Assembly: GCA_043798985.1 (NCBI GenBank)
Contig: JAZDOE010000003.1
Location: 7,917-71,916 of the forward strand
Reading direction: 5' to 3'
DNA length: 64,000 bases
Origin: Candidatus Falkowbacteria bacterium
Lineage (GTDB): Bacteria; Patescibacteriota; Patescibacteriia; UBA11705; JACRDX01
Part shown: one piece after another, positions 9,749 to 18,962 of the stretch
How the letters are laid out: each line of letters begins with the position of its first letter
Numbering within the stretch: position 1 is the first letter of the stretch
Notes under the pieces: generated by a model
What the model was told of the DNA's origin: nothing
What the model saw: the letters and a program-made list of their open reading frames with translations, nothing else
Databases searched by the model: none
Made by a program: the position numbers and the translations under genes

Positions 9749-10360
9749 GTGACCAATTTCTTGGTGGAATTTTTTGTAAAAATTATTGAAACTGGCGGAT
9801 ACGCGGGCATTGTGTTTTTAATGACATTGGAAAGTATGGTGGCGCCAGTGCCGAGCGAAGCTGTTATGCCATTTGCAGGATTTTTGTGGTTTGAGGGCAA
9901 AATGGCACTGGCGCCCATAATTATTTTTAGCACGATCGGAAGTATCGTTGGTTCATTGCTTTCCTATTTGATCGGTTTGTATGGCGGAAGATTGTTTATT
10001 GAAAAATTTGGCAAATATTTTTTATTGAATAAAGAGCATCTGGTAGCAACCGAAAGATTTTTTAACAAGTTTGGCGCAAAAACGATTTTCATCAGCAGAT
10101 TTATTCCGGTTGTCCGTCATTTGATTTCATTGCCAGCCGGAATGGCAAAAATGTCATTGCCAAAATTTGTTGTTTATACAATAGTTGGCGCTGGTTTGTG
10201 GAATACATTTTTGGCATGGTTTGGATATTATCTTGGCGGAAAATGGGAAATAATCAGGCAATACAGCGAAAAGATTGACATCGTTGTTGTCGTGCTACTT
10301 GTTGCGATTGCTACGCTATGGTTTTGGAAAAGACGAATACTTGACCATGCTCAACGCTAA
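9749..10360 (+). CDS. DedA/SNARE-associated family membrane protein
   Basis: 'GYAGIVFLMTLESMVAPVPSEAVMPFAGFL' DedA signature region, multiple TM helices. Confidence 0.75.
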   Translation: MTNFLVEFFVKIIETGGYAGIVFLMTLESMVAPVPSEAVMPFAGFLWFEGKMALAPIIIFSTIGSIVGSLLSYLIGLYGGRLFIEKFGKYFLLNKEHLVATERFFNKFGAKTIFISRFIPVVRHLISLPAGMAKMSLPKFVVYTIVGAGLWNTFLAWFGYYLGGKWEIIRQYSEKIDIVVVVLLVAIATLWFWKRRILDHAQR

Positions 10361-10473
10361 TATAAAAAAATAACGGCATTCGGTGATTGGTTTCGACGCT
10401 CGTTTCGTTATTCGTTGGACGTTAACCGAAACTTGCATCGATACCGCAACCGGTCGCTGATTTAAATTACAAT

Positions 10474-10821
10474 ATGAATCTTAAAGATTATCAAGAATTG
10501 TGTAAAAAAACAGCAAGAGTTTTTGACAATAAAGAGCGCGAGATTATGGCATGGGGTTTGGGAATTGCTGGCGAGGCAGGCGATGTTGCGGGTTGTATTA
10601 AGAAAACTTACGCGCAGGGCGACGACCAGATTTTGGGTATTAGGGAAAATTTGGGAGACACAATGTGGTATATTGCAATGATGTGCAATTTTTACGGATG
10701 GAATTTTGAGGATGTTTTGCAGGAAAATATAGACAAATTAAGCAAGCGCTATAAGAGCGGGCAGTTCACGGTGCAGGAAGCACGGCGCAACGGAACGCGC
10801 ATTGATTGGAATGAAAAGTAG
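10474..10821 (+). CDS. MazG-like nucleoside triphosphate pyrophosphohydrolase
   Basis: 'LGIAGEAGDVAGCIKK...ENLGDTMWYIAMMCNFYGWNFEDVL' all-alpha NTP-PPase motifs. Confidence 0.65.
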   Translation: MNLKDYQELCKKTARVFDNKEREIMAWGLGIAGEAGDVAGCIKKTYAQGDDQILGIRENLGDTMWYIAMMCNFYGWNFEDVLQENIDKLSKRYKSGQFTVQEARRNGTRIDWNEK

Positions 10822-10824
10822 TAA

Positions 10825-11118
10825 TTGTGGTATAATAAATTAAGTATGTATTATCCAGATCAGCAAAAAAAATCAGTTGAATTAAAATCAGCTGGAAAAT
10901 TTTTGGTCATTGCTTATTTATTGCTGGTGGTTTGCTTTTTTTTGTGGAGCTGGCCGATTTTTGGATTGCCCACTGAAATTGTTATTTTAATTTTGTGCGT
11001 TTTTTCTTTACAAAGTTTGCAGCGTCGGTGGGCGATTGCCTGTCTGATTGTAGATTGTATTTTTCTGTTGTTGACATTGATTAATATCGGCGTCCGAGTT
11101 TATTTAGCTTATAGTTAA
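10825..11118 (+). CDS. hypothetical membrane protein
   Basis: ORF, three hydrophobic helices. Confidence 0.3.
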   Translation: MWYNKLSMYYPDQQKKSVELKSAGKFLVIAYLLLVVCFFLWSWPIFGLPTEIVILILCVFSLQSLQRRWAIACLIVDCIFLLLTLINIGVRVYLAYS

Positions 11119-11121
11119 AAT

Positions 11122-11595
11122 ATGAAAAAACAAAAAAACATTGAGTGGCAATTTCCAGAATATAATCAGTATGAGCGAAGCCGCGCGTGGTATGTTGCCA
11201 TGTTGATTTTGCTCGGCGGGTTGTTGCTTTATTCTGTCTTGACCGGCAACTTTTTATTTGCTATCATTTTGGTTCTGGTAGTGTTTATTTCAGTTTTGCA
11301 AAGGTTCCAGCCACCGCTTGCAATTGACGCGGGCATTGATGAAAAAGGATTGCAAATCGGCAAAAAAAATATTCCGTTCCGCGATTTGGAAAAGTTCTGG
11401 TTAGTCTATGATCCGCCGACCACCAAAGTTTTATACGTCGCTTTTAAAAAAGGACTAAGGGACAATTTGGCAATACCGCTTGAAGACGCGAATCCATTGG
11501 ATATACGCGCGGCGCTAAAGGAATTTTTGGCAGAGGATTTATCAAAGGAACAGGAGGATTTGAATGAACAGCTGGAGCGAATTTTGCGTGTGTAA
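11122..11595 (+). CDS. hypothetical membrane protein
   Basis: ORF, two N-terminal TM helices. Confidence 0.35.
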   Translation: MKKQKNIEWQFPEYNQYERSRAWYVAMLILLGGLLLYSVLTGNFLFAIILVLVVFISVLQRFQPPLAIDAGIDEKGLQIGKKNIPFRDLEKFWLVYDPPTTKVLYVAFKKGLRDNLAIPLEDANPLDIRAALKEFLAEDLSKEQEDLNEQLERILRV

Positions 11596-11605
11596 TTTAA
11601 ATTGT

Positions 11606-11677
11606 GCGCTCGTAGTTCAACGGATAGAACATGGGTTTGCGGAGCCCACGATCGAGGTTCAATTCCTCGCGGGCGCA
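11606..11677 (+). tRNA. tRNA-Arg (anticodon GCG)
   Basis: GCGCTCGTAGTTCAACGGATAGAACATGGGTTTGCGGAGCCCACGATCGAGGTTCAATTCCTCGCGGGCGCA; anticodon loop TTGCGGA. Confidence 0.7.
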
Positions 11678-11698
11678 TTTATAATATAGTGTTGCAAT

Positions 11699-12796
11699 AT
11701 GCAAAAACAGGAAGGGAGTGTTAACCTTTCGGCCGTTGGCCAAGAACAGCCAGAGCAGACAGCAGAATATTATTTTGATTTATTTAGAGAGGCGTCTGGC
11801 GGAGATCAACAAGATGTTGAAAACGCGAGGCGTCTTTTTTTAAATTTGCCGAAATTGAAACCAAACGCTTTTGATTCAGGTAAAATGGTAAGAGATTATT
11901 TGAAAGAAAATGGATTTAGCTATGATTCTTCGGTGTATAAACTACAAGATGTGGTTAGATTAAGAAAAGGTAATTGTCTAAGTTTATCGCTGATTATTGG
12001 ACTGATAATGAAAGAGCGCGGGATTGAGCAAAAATTTCAGACGTTGGTGCATCCAATGGACGCGGTGTATCAATATGAAATGCGATTGTTTGACGAATTG
12101 AAAAGCGGCGAACATTTTGATTTTCATAATCCTGTTCTGCCAGATGCGCAGGCTGACTCGCCACAATATTATTTCGCGCCAGTAGAGCATCCGGTGTTAT
12201 TTCTTGATGGTAGACATTTAGAAACCACGTCAATTTCCGAAGATGAGATATCAAGCGCGGAGACAGATACTGGAGAAAAAGTTGCGGCTGAAAGCACAAG
12301 AGACTCTTCTTTTGGAGAACTTATCGGGCAAGTTTATTTTTGTAGAGTGGTTGACGCGAAGAAAAGCGGTGATTTGGCTCAAGCTATTGAGCTATGCAAA
12401 AAATCTTTGGAAATTTATCCGCGTGGCAGAGAAAGTTGGGGAATGTTGGAATCATTGGCTGAACAAACAGGGGATAAAGAATTAATGGAAAAAGCAAAAA
12501 ATGAATATTTGGCCATTGGCGGACATGATTCTTTGTACTATTTTAGTTTATATGCCATGACGCAAGATGCTAACTTTCTTGATAAAGCCTTGGAAAGATT
12601 CCCTGCTTATGCTGACGCGTTCACTGCGAAAAACGTACGGAATATGCTTGGAAGAGTTGATGAGGCAAAATTTAATTTTGCTGTTGCTGCTTGGTGCGTG
12701 GCAAACTCCCGAGTTCTTGATTTGCGCCAATTTTACGAAAGAAATCAAGATATTATGATAAAATTGTTTGGAAAAGAAAAGTTGTTTGACTTTTAA
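11699..12796 (+). CDS. hypothetical protein (possible transglutaminase-like Cys core 'GNCLSLSLIIGLIMKERGIE', helical C-terminus)
   Basis: ORF; weak motif resemblance only. Confidence 0.3.
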   Translation: MQKQEGSVNLSAVGQEQPEQTAEYYFDLFREASGGDQQDVENARRLFLNLPKLKPNAFDSGKMVRDYLKENGFSYDSSVYKLQDVVRLRKGNCLSLSLIIGLIMKERGIEQKFQTLVHPMDAVYQYEMRLFDELKSGEHFDFHNPVLPDAQADSPQYYFAPVEHPVLFLDGRHLETTSISEDEISSAETDTGEKVAAESTRDSSFGELIGQVYFCRVVDAKKSGDLAQAIELCKKSLEIYPRGRESWGMLESLAEQTGDKELMEKAKNEYLAIGGHDSLYYFSLYAMTQDANFLDKALERFPAYADAFTAKNVRNMLGRVDEAKFNFAVAAWCVANSRVLDLRQFYERNQDIMIKLFGKEKLFDF

Positions 12797-12839
12797 ATTT
12801 AAATTGGTAAGATATAGATAATAGACAAAGGAGGCGACA

Positions 12840-13040
12840 ATGAAAGAGGGCGCGCAGAAGAAACCGAGAAGTCCTGTTGTCAATCCACCTGCGGCAGGTG
12901 GTAGTGGAGGGTATGGTGAGCCGCCGGGAATGTGGGGTGAATTGCGGCTTGAGCAGAGGCTTCATCTGACGCCGCAAGTGCGCAAAAAGGTCGATCCTGC
13001 GAAGGTCAGGAGCAAGACCTTTTTGCCGCAGAAGCGGTAG
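12840..13040 (+). CDS. small GC-rich hypothetical protein (Gly/Pro-rich, basic)
   Basis: AAGGAGG RBS 7 nt upstream; high GC relative to flanks; stop lies inside a 20-bp-stem hairpin. Confidence 0.35.
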   Translation: MKEGAQKKPRSPVVNPPAAGGSGGYGEPPGMWGELRLEQRLHLTPQVRKKVDPAKVRSKTFLPQKR

Positions 13041-13084
13041 AGACGAGATACCCGCCTGCCGTCGGGCAGGTATCTCGTCTCTAT
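13037..13084. terminator. perfect ~20-bp-stem palindrome of the GTAGAGAC...GTCTCTAC family
   Basis: gtagagacgagatacccgcctgccgtcgggcaggtatctcgtctctat. Confidence 0.6.
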
Positions 13085-13162
13085 GGACAGGATCAAGGGC
13101 GTTGCAAAATGTAACGCCTTTTTTTATTTGTTTTCTGCGGCAAAATCAGATAAAATTAAGTT

Positions 13163-15265
13163 ATGGATTTAAACACGTTGATTAAACAATTAAACAGAGT
13201 TGGCAAAACAACGTCTGGTCGTTTGGCGAAATTGGGATTGCACACGGTTGAAGACCTGATTTTTTATTTTCCGTTTCGCTACGAAGATTTTAGAACAATC
13301 GTTAAGATAAATGATTTGCAACCTGAAGCCGTTGTGACTGTCCGGGGCAGAATTGAACTTATCGCGAATCGTCGAAGTTTTCGGACGCGAAAAAATGTGA
13401 CAGAAGCGATTGTTGCTGATGATTCCGGGCAATTAAGAGTTGTATGGTTTAATCAACCATTTTTAACAAAAACGTTAAAACAAGGCGATGAAATTTTTTT
13501 GGCTGGAAAAGTTTCGGGTGACGATTTTGCGGTGCAGATGATTTCGCCGATGTACGAACCCGCCTTCGCCCCGCTATCAGCGGGGCTTCGGCAGGGCGAG
13601 CTAATACATACTGCGAGAATTGTGCCGATTTATCCGCTGACCGCAGGCGTGACCGAAAAACAACTTAGATTTTTGGTCAAACAAGCTTTGCCAACGGTCA
13701 GGCAGATGAAAGATTATTTACCAAAAGAATTAATAGCGGCCGACAACTTTTTAAAATTAAGCGAAGCTTTGGAACAAGTTCATTTTCCGACAGATGAAAT
13801 ATTGTTGTCGGCCGCGAAAAAGCGGTTGGGTTTTGATGAATTGTTTTTAATCCAGTTAAGAATACAGCGGGCGCGGCAAGAACTTGATGCCTCATCCGCG
13901 CCCGCCGTAAAATTTTTGCAAAAGCCGACAAAAGAGTTTGTTGAAAATTTGCCGTTCAAATTGACTTACGCGCAAAGACAAGTGTCATGGGAAATTTTGC
14001 AGGATTTGGAAAAATCGCGGCCAATGAATCGTTTATTGCAAGGCGATGTTGGTTCTGGCAAAACAGTGACAGCCGCGATTGCCATACTGAACGTCGTGCT
14101 GAATGGATACAAAGTTGTTGTAATGGCGCCAACAGAAATTTTAGCGCAGCAGCATTTTAAAACTTTTCAAAAATTGTTTGCTAAAAATAATTTTAGAATT
14201 GCGATTTTGACGCGCGGCAGCAAGTTGGTTGGCGATGAAAAAATGACGCCGAAAAAAATGTTGAATATTGTTAATGCCGGAGAATTTGATTTACTGGTTG
14301 GCACGCACGCTTTAATTCAGGAAAAAATTAAAATTCCAAATTTGGGGTTTGTTGTTGTTGACGAACAACACAGATTCGGCGTAAAACAAAGAATGGCGTT
14401 GGCAAAAGCTAAACAACAAAATGTTGTTGTGCCGCATTTTTTGTCAATGACCGCCACCCCGATTCCGCGTACTTTGATGCTGACTGTTTATGGAGATTTG
14501 GATTTGAGCGTGATAAAGCAAATGCCAGCTGGTCGCAAACCGATAATTACAAAAGTGGTGGATGAAAATAATCGCGCGAAAGCTTACGAATTTGTGCGTA
14601 AAGAAATACAAGCAGGCAAGCCATGCCTACCGGCAGGCAGGCAGGCGTTTGTAATTTGTCCATTGATTGATCCGTCAGACACTTTGGGTTACAAATCAGC
14701 GAAACAAGAAAGCGACTTTTTGGCAAAGGATATTTTTCAAGATTTGAAAATTGGTTTGATGCATGGCAAGTTAAAATCCGCTGAAAAAGAAACGGTCATG
14801 GCAAAATTCAGCAACAAAGAATTTGATATTTTAGTTTCAACTTCAGTTGTTGAGGTTGGCGTGGATATTCCAAACGCCACGATAATGATGATTGAGGGCG
14901 CTGACAGATTTGGTTTGGCGCAGCTTCATCAGTTTCGTGGTAGAGTTGGTCGCGCAGAGCACCAGTCATATTGTTTTTTGTTTTCGTCTAATAATAATCC
15001 AGCGGCAATAAAGCGCTTGCAATATTTAGAAACTTGCATTGACGGGTTTAGCTTAGCTGAAAAAGATTTAGAATCACGCGGGGCAGGCGAGATTTATGGT
15101 AGCAGGCAGTCTGGTTTGCCAGAGTTTAAAATAGCTAAAATTACAGATTTTGAGCTTGTTGCTTTGGCGCAAAAACAAGCAAAATGGATTTTGGAAAACG
15201 CAAAAATAACGCCGGAATTATCAGCGCAAATGGAACGAATGGAATTTGTCGGACATTGTGAATAA
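13163..15265 (+). CDS. recG: ATP-dependent DNA helicase RecG
   Basis: Wedge domain plus SF2 helicase motifs 'GDVGSGKT', 'VVDEQHRFG', 'QLHQFRGRVGR'; 700 aa. Confidence 0.9.
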   Translation: MDLNTLIKQLNRVGKTTSGRLAKLGLHTVEDLIFYFPFRYEDFRTIVKINDLQPEAVVTVRGRIELIANRRSFRTRKNVTEAIVADDSGQLRVVWFNQPFLTKTLKQGDEIFLAGKVSGDDFAVQMISPMYEPAFAPLSAGLRQGELIHTARIVPIYPLTAGVTEKQLRFLVKQALPTVRQMKDYLPKELIAADNFLKLSEALEQVHFPTDEILLSAAKKRLGFDELFLIQLRIQRARQELDASSAPAVKFLQKPTKEFVENLPFKLTYAQRQVSWEILQDLEKSRPMNRLLQGDVGSGKTVTAAIAILNVVLNGYKVVVMAPTEILAQQHFKTFQKLFAKNNFRIAILTRGSKLVGDEKMTPKKMLNIVNAGEFDLLVGTHALIQEKIKIPNLGFVVVDEQHRFGVKQRMALAKAKQQNVVVPHFLSMTATPIPRTLMLTVYGDLDLSVIKQMPAGRKPIITKVVDENNRAKAYEFVRKEIQAGKPCLPAGRQAFVICPLIDPSDTLGYKSAKQESDFLAKDIFQDLKIGLMHGKLKSAEKETVMAKFSNKEFDILVSTSVVEVGVDIPNATIMMIEGADRFGLAQLHQFRGRVGRAEHQSYCFLFSSNNNPAAIKRLQYLETCIDGFSLAEKDLESRGAGEIYGSRQSGLPEFKIAKITDFELVALAQKQAKWILENAKITPELSAQMERMEFVGHCE

Positions 15266-15342
15266 TTTAGTCTTGACATTTCAAGATGGTTTTGCTACAC
15301 TAAAGCCATCTTTTTTGTTCGTCACAACCTGAAGGAGGGAAC

Positions 15343-15705
15343 ATGACGAAGAGAGTGAGGGGAAAGTTCGTAAAGGAAGCGGAGTATTGTTGCGGCTGCC
15401 ATATGCGCGTGGCGCCGCAGGATCCGCGTCGCGTTCAGCTGGACGACGGTGCGCCGGCGCACAGGACTTGTCTCGGCAAGACGCTCTCACGGGCAGTAGA
15501 GATGAAAATGCCGGTGCAGGACCTCAAGCCGTTGTGTGAGGCAGTGCGCCGTAGCGTGGGCGAGTCTGCGTACGGCAAGTTGTTTGAGCGCGAAGTCCAG
15601 CCGGTGCTGATGGATCAGCGGCGTGAAGAGCAGTTCGCGCAGATAGCGCAGTTGCGTCGCGAGCGGCGACCGCAGGCCGCCAGAAAAGCTGGCGCCATGG
15701 CGTGA
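15343..15705 (+). CDS. GC-rich hypothetical protein with Cys/His cluster (CCGCH...H..C); foreign-looking cassette
   Basis: TTGACA-17-TACACT promoter and GAAGGAGGG RBS upstream, hairpin terminator downstream; GC far above backbone. Confidence 0.45.
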   Translation: MTKRVRGKFVKEAEYCCGCHMRVAPQDPRRVQLDDGAPAHRTCLGKTLSRAVEMKMPVQDLKPLCEAVRRSVGESAYGKLFEREVQPVLMDQRREEQFAQIAQLRRERRPQAARKAGAMA

Positions 15706-15714
15706 AGAACGTCA

Positions 15715-15748
15715 CCCCCTTACTATAACGTAGTAGGGGGATTTTTTT
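15715..15748 (+). terminator. rho-independent terminator (cccccttactataacgtagtaggggg plus T-run); homolog of the terminator at 32227
   Basis: GC stem plus T-run; compensatory differences versus the 32227 copy. Confidence 0.7.
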
Positions 15749-17084
15749 ATAAGTTAGAAATCAAATCTCTAATATTGCTGATTTTGCGCGCGGCAATAGA
15801 AAGGTTTGTCGGCGTATTTGGCGCGAGCGCGTGTTTGAAATTAAGTCGTTCCGCCTCTTTTAATCGTTGTTCAAGTTTTACAACATTGCGCACTTCTCCG
15901 CCGAGTCCAACCTCGCCGACAATAAGTGTGTTTTTTGGAATTATTTTGTCCAGTTTGCTGGAAAGAATTGCCGCGCAAACAGCAAGGTCAATTGACTGGT
16001 CGTTTACTTTAATGCCGCCGGTAATGTTTAGATGAATATCTTGGTTGGTTAAATTTATTTGTGTGCGTTTTGAAATTACCGCGGACAACATTTGTAAGCG
16101 GTTTATATCATAACCCGAAACTTTGCGTTGTGGATAACCAAAAACCGTTGGCGTGACAAGCGCTTGAATTTCAATTAAAAACGGTCGCGTGCCTTCCATG
16201 AAACAAGATATGGCCGTTCCTGATTGCTCGGCGGATTCAGATAAAAATATCTTATTTGGATTTTTCATTTCCAATAAACCTGTTTCAACCATTTCAAAAA
16301 CTCCGATTTCATTTGTTGAACCAAAACGATTTTTAACACCGCGCAAAATGCGAGCGTCTTGGAATCTTTCGCCTTCAAAATAAAGCACAACGTCAACCAA
16401 ATGTTCCAATGTTTTGGGACCTGCGATCGCGCCGTCTTTTGTGATGTGGCCGATTAAAATTATTGGAATATTTAGTTCTTTTGCAAGCATTAAAATTTTT
16501 GCGGCGCAACATCTTATTTGGCCAATGTTGCCGGGTTCTGATTCCATTTCGTCAGAATAAATTGTTTGGATTGAGTCAATCGCAACAAGCGTTGGTTTGA
16601 GTTGTTTAATGCTAGCAATTATTTTTTCCAAATTTGTTTCTGATAAAAAATTTACAGCTGCTGTAATATTCAATCTGTCATATCTTAATTTGATTTGTTC
16701 TGCTGATTCTTCTCCAGAGATATAAAGTAGGGGCGAGCCCACGGTTGTTTGAATGTGTTTGAAAATTTGTAAAAGCAATGTTGATTTTCCAATTCCCGGC
16801 TCGCCGCCAAGCAAAATCAAACTTCCGGGAACAATGCCGTTGCCAAGCACTCTGTCAAATTCCGCGAGATTTGTTTTGAGTCGCGGCGTTTTGTTTGGCG
16901 TGAGTTTTTGTAAGTCAATAATTTTTGCGGCGTCAAAAGAAACGGGAACTGCTTTTTGTTCCCTCCTTGAGATTGTTTCTTGTTGCAATGTTCCCCATGC
17001 TCCGCATTCTGGGCACCGTCCTTGCCATTTCAACGCCTGCGCTCCGCACTTGGAGCATGAGAATATTGTTTGATTTTTCGGCAT
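15747..17084 (-). CDS. radA: DNA repair protein RadA/Sms
   Basis: N-terminal C4 zinc finger 'CSKCGAQALKWQGRCPECGAW', RecA-like 'GGEPGIGKST', Lon-like C-terminus. Confidence 0.9.
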   Translation of the reverse strand: MPKNQTIFSCSKCGAQALKWQGRCPECGAWGTLQQETISRREQKAVPVSFDAAKIIDLQKLTPNKTPRLKTNLAEFDRVLGNGIVPGSLILLGGEPGIGKSTLLLQIFKHIQTTVGSPLLYISGEESAEQIKLRYDRLNITAAVNFLSETNLEKIIASIKQLKPTLVAIDSIQTIYSDEMESEPGNIGQIRCCAAKILMLAKELNIPIILIGHITKDGAIAGPKTLEHLVDVVLYFEGERFQDARILRGVKNRFGSTNEIGVFEMVETGLLEMKNPNKIFLSESAEQSGTAISCFMEGTRPFLIEIQALVTPTVFGYPQRKVSGYDINRLQMLSAVISKRTQINLTNQDIHLNITGGIKVNDQSIDLAVCAAILSSKLDKIIPKNTLIVGEVGLGGEVRNVVKLEQRLKEAERLNFKHALAPNTPTNLSIAARKISNIRDLISNL

Positions 17085-17085
17085 A

Positions 17086-18501
17086 TTATTTTATCGCGAC
17101 TGGACAATTTCCTCCTGGTTCCGCTTGGAACAAATTTGTCACTCCATATTTGTCCATTATTCTTTCTTTTCCTGCTTTGCGAACCGAGGCTGCTTTGCCT
17201 TTGCCATATTGGAGTCCTCCTATCGCTGCTTCCTGCAACGTCTTATAATAGCCTCCTGTCCAGTCGCTTGGTTGATAACCACCGTCTTTTGGAGTGCAAA
17301 CAGTTTTTCCTATATCAAACGCCTTTTCTTTGCAACGTTTTATAATTAGGGTCTGCCATGACAGCGCGAGTCCATTTTCAATATTTTCTCCGCCCTGGCA
17401 TCCCCCTTTATTTAAGGTGCTTGTTAGGTTGTCTATCCCGCTGTTATGATAAAGGTAAAGCAACGTTGCCATATCAGGATCAGATAAATTTTTTGTGCCG
17501 GCGCAATTGCTTTCTATTATTTTTTTTGCACTTAATATTGCCTTAGTTATGCCAGCAGTTTGTAAATTAACATCAAAAAGTCTAGGATCGTTTTCAACAA
17601 GCTCGCCGGTAGCCAAGCCCAATTCTGAAAAATAATAATTCATTTTTTTCACGTCTTTCTCCCCCCCCAAAGTTCCTTCTATGGATGATTTTTTAAATTG
17701 GAACAATCCTCCAAAACAAGAGCAGTTGACTACGTATGGTTGAAAGCTGGATTCGTAGTCAGCGATCCCCATTAATATTTTCCAGTTGAAATTTCCGCAA
17801 GCGGCGAAATTTCTGAATGTCTGTTCAAAGTTTCCCGGAGGAATGGAAGTGCTGTTTGTTTGTATTCCGCAATGTTTTAAAACAGATTCGTGACCAGCTC
17901 CGCAAGTGCCGTCAGAATTTGCCGCTTCATCTTTGCCGAATAAAATATCGTCCATTGTCACTCTTTTTACTAATTCCATGTTGAAGGATTTTAGTTTTGT
18001 AAGTTCTGGATTTATAAAGTATAAAATAAGATATGCCGATAGAAGAATGATTAAGCCGCTGATGCTGCCAAGAATAGTTTTTTTGCTTTTTTCAACCCAA
18101 GATTTATTAAGACCGCTTAGCATGTAGAAAAACCCGCCGATAATCAGCAAAAGAGTGGCAAAAACCGCGCCGATAATTAGGGCATATTTATAAATCGCAA
18201 GCAGATATTCAGCGATCCACGGAATATCAATTGATTGTGGCTCGCCTTGGTCGTTTTTAGTTATTGTTGCGTTTGAAAACTGGGGGAGCGTTGGACTTGG
18301 TATATTTAACTTTGGAGATTGTGGAGCGCCTGCGTTTTCGCCTTCTGATGCGATTATTTTTGCAAAATTCGGAAGCGTTGGGATCGGTATATTTAACTTT
18401 GGTCCTTCTATGATTTCTGTGCTAGTTGTTTGGGCAAATGCAAATAACGGAAAGAGCATTAGTATTAAGTTAAGTAGTAAAAATAATTTACGCATAACCA
18501 T
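17086..18501 (-). CDS. lytic transglycosylase (SLT domain) fused to a VirB2-like N-terminal membrane module
   Basis: SLT catalytic region 'ILMGIADYESSFQPYVV...GLFQF'. The N-terminal ~170 aa (signal peptide, IPIPTLP repeats, two TM helices) are paralogous to the N-terminus of the 18963-20237 product. Confidence 0.6.
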   Translation of the reverse strand: MVMRKLFLLLNLILMLFPLFAFAQTTSTEIIEGPKLNIPIPTLPNFAKIIASEGENAGAPQSPKLNIPSPTLPQFSNATITKNDQGEPQSIDIPWIAEYLLAIYKYALIIGAVFATLLLIIGGFFYMLSGLNKSWVEKSKKTILGSISGLIILLSAYLILYFINPELTKLKSFNMELVKRVTMDDILFGKDEAANSDGTCGAGHESVLKHCGIQTNSTSIPPGNFEQTFRNFAACGNFNWKILMGIADYESSFQPYVVNCSCFGGLFQFKKSSIEGTLGGEKDVKKMNYYFSELGLATGELVENDPRLFDVNLQTAGITKAILSAKKIIESNCAGTKNLSDPDMATLLYLYHNSGIDNLTSTLNKGGCQGGENIENGLALSWQTLIIKRCKEKAFDIGKTVCTPKDGGYQPSDWTGGYYKTLQEAAIGGLQYGKGKAASVRKAGKERIMDKYGVTNLFQAEPGGNCPVAIK

Positions 18502-18513
18502 TAGCCGTTGTTG

Positions 18514-18927
18514 TTATTTACAATCTCCTTTGGTAAATGTATAGCCGCCAGCTTCAGCGGACGCCACTCCTTGGCAGTCCATTTCTGTTAGAGCTGGAAG
18601 GGAAAGACCATTGTCTAGCAAACAACATCCGGTAGCTTCTTTTTCCGCTTGCGAGATTATGTCATCGCCAACTTTTCCACCGAATGCTTTATAAAATTCT
18701 GCTTCTGCGTTCGGCGCGGTTGATGGCACAGAGCTATAATAACTTTGAACGAGCGATAAGAAATGATTCCAGTCAAAAGCCGCGCCAGGATCACCGTGCG
18801 TATTATCTTGAACGTCAGCATGACCAACAATTCCAGGGCCTAAATCCCAGCAAACGCCCTCCTGACTCCAACTTGGACAATTTTGTGCCGGCGGAGACGT
18901 TGAGACTGCGCGCCGCATTTGGAGCAC
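18514..18927 (-). CDS. hypothetical secreted Cys-rich protein (possible amidase or LAS-like fragment)
   Basis: 'HADVQDNTHGDPGAAFDW' metal-site-like motif. C-terminal GCC...D...C.G...C motif shared with the 18963-20237 product; apparent GTG start. Confidence 0.3.
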   Translation of the reverse strand: MLQMRRAVSTSPPAQNCPSWSQEGVCWDLGPGIVGHADVQDNTHGDPGAAFDWNHFLSLVQSYYSSVPSTAPNAEAEFYKAFGGKVGDDIISQAEKEATGCCLLDNGLSLPALTEMDCQGVASAEAGGYTFTKGDCK

Positions 18928-18962
18928 GAGTGAACGATTGTGTTTTTTTGCATGTTTTTTTA

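Noticed and set aside
10380-10470. Possible structured element upstream of the MazG-like gene (ggtttcgacgctcgtttcg...cgaaacttgcatcg)
   Set aside because: Pairing is short and imperfect; no second copy found in the window.
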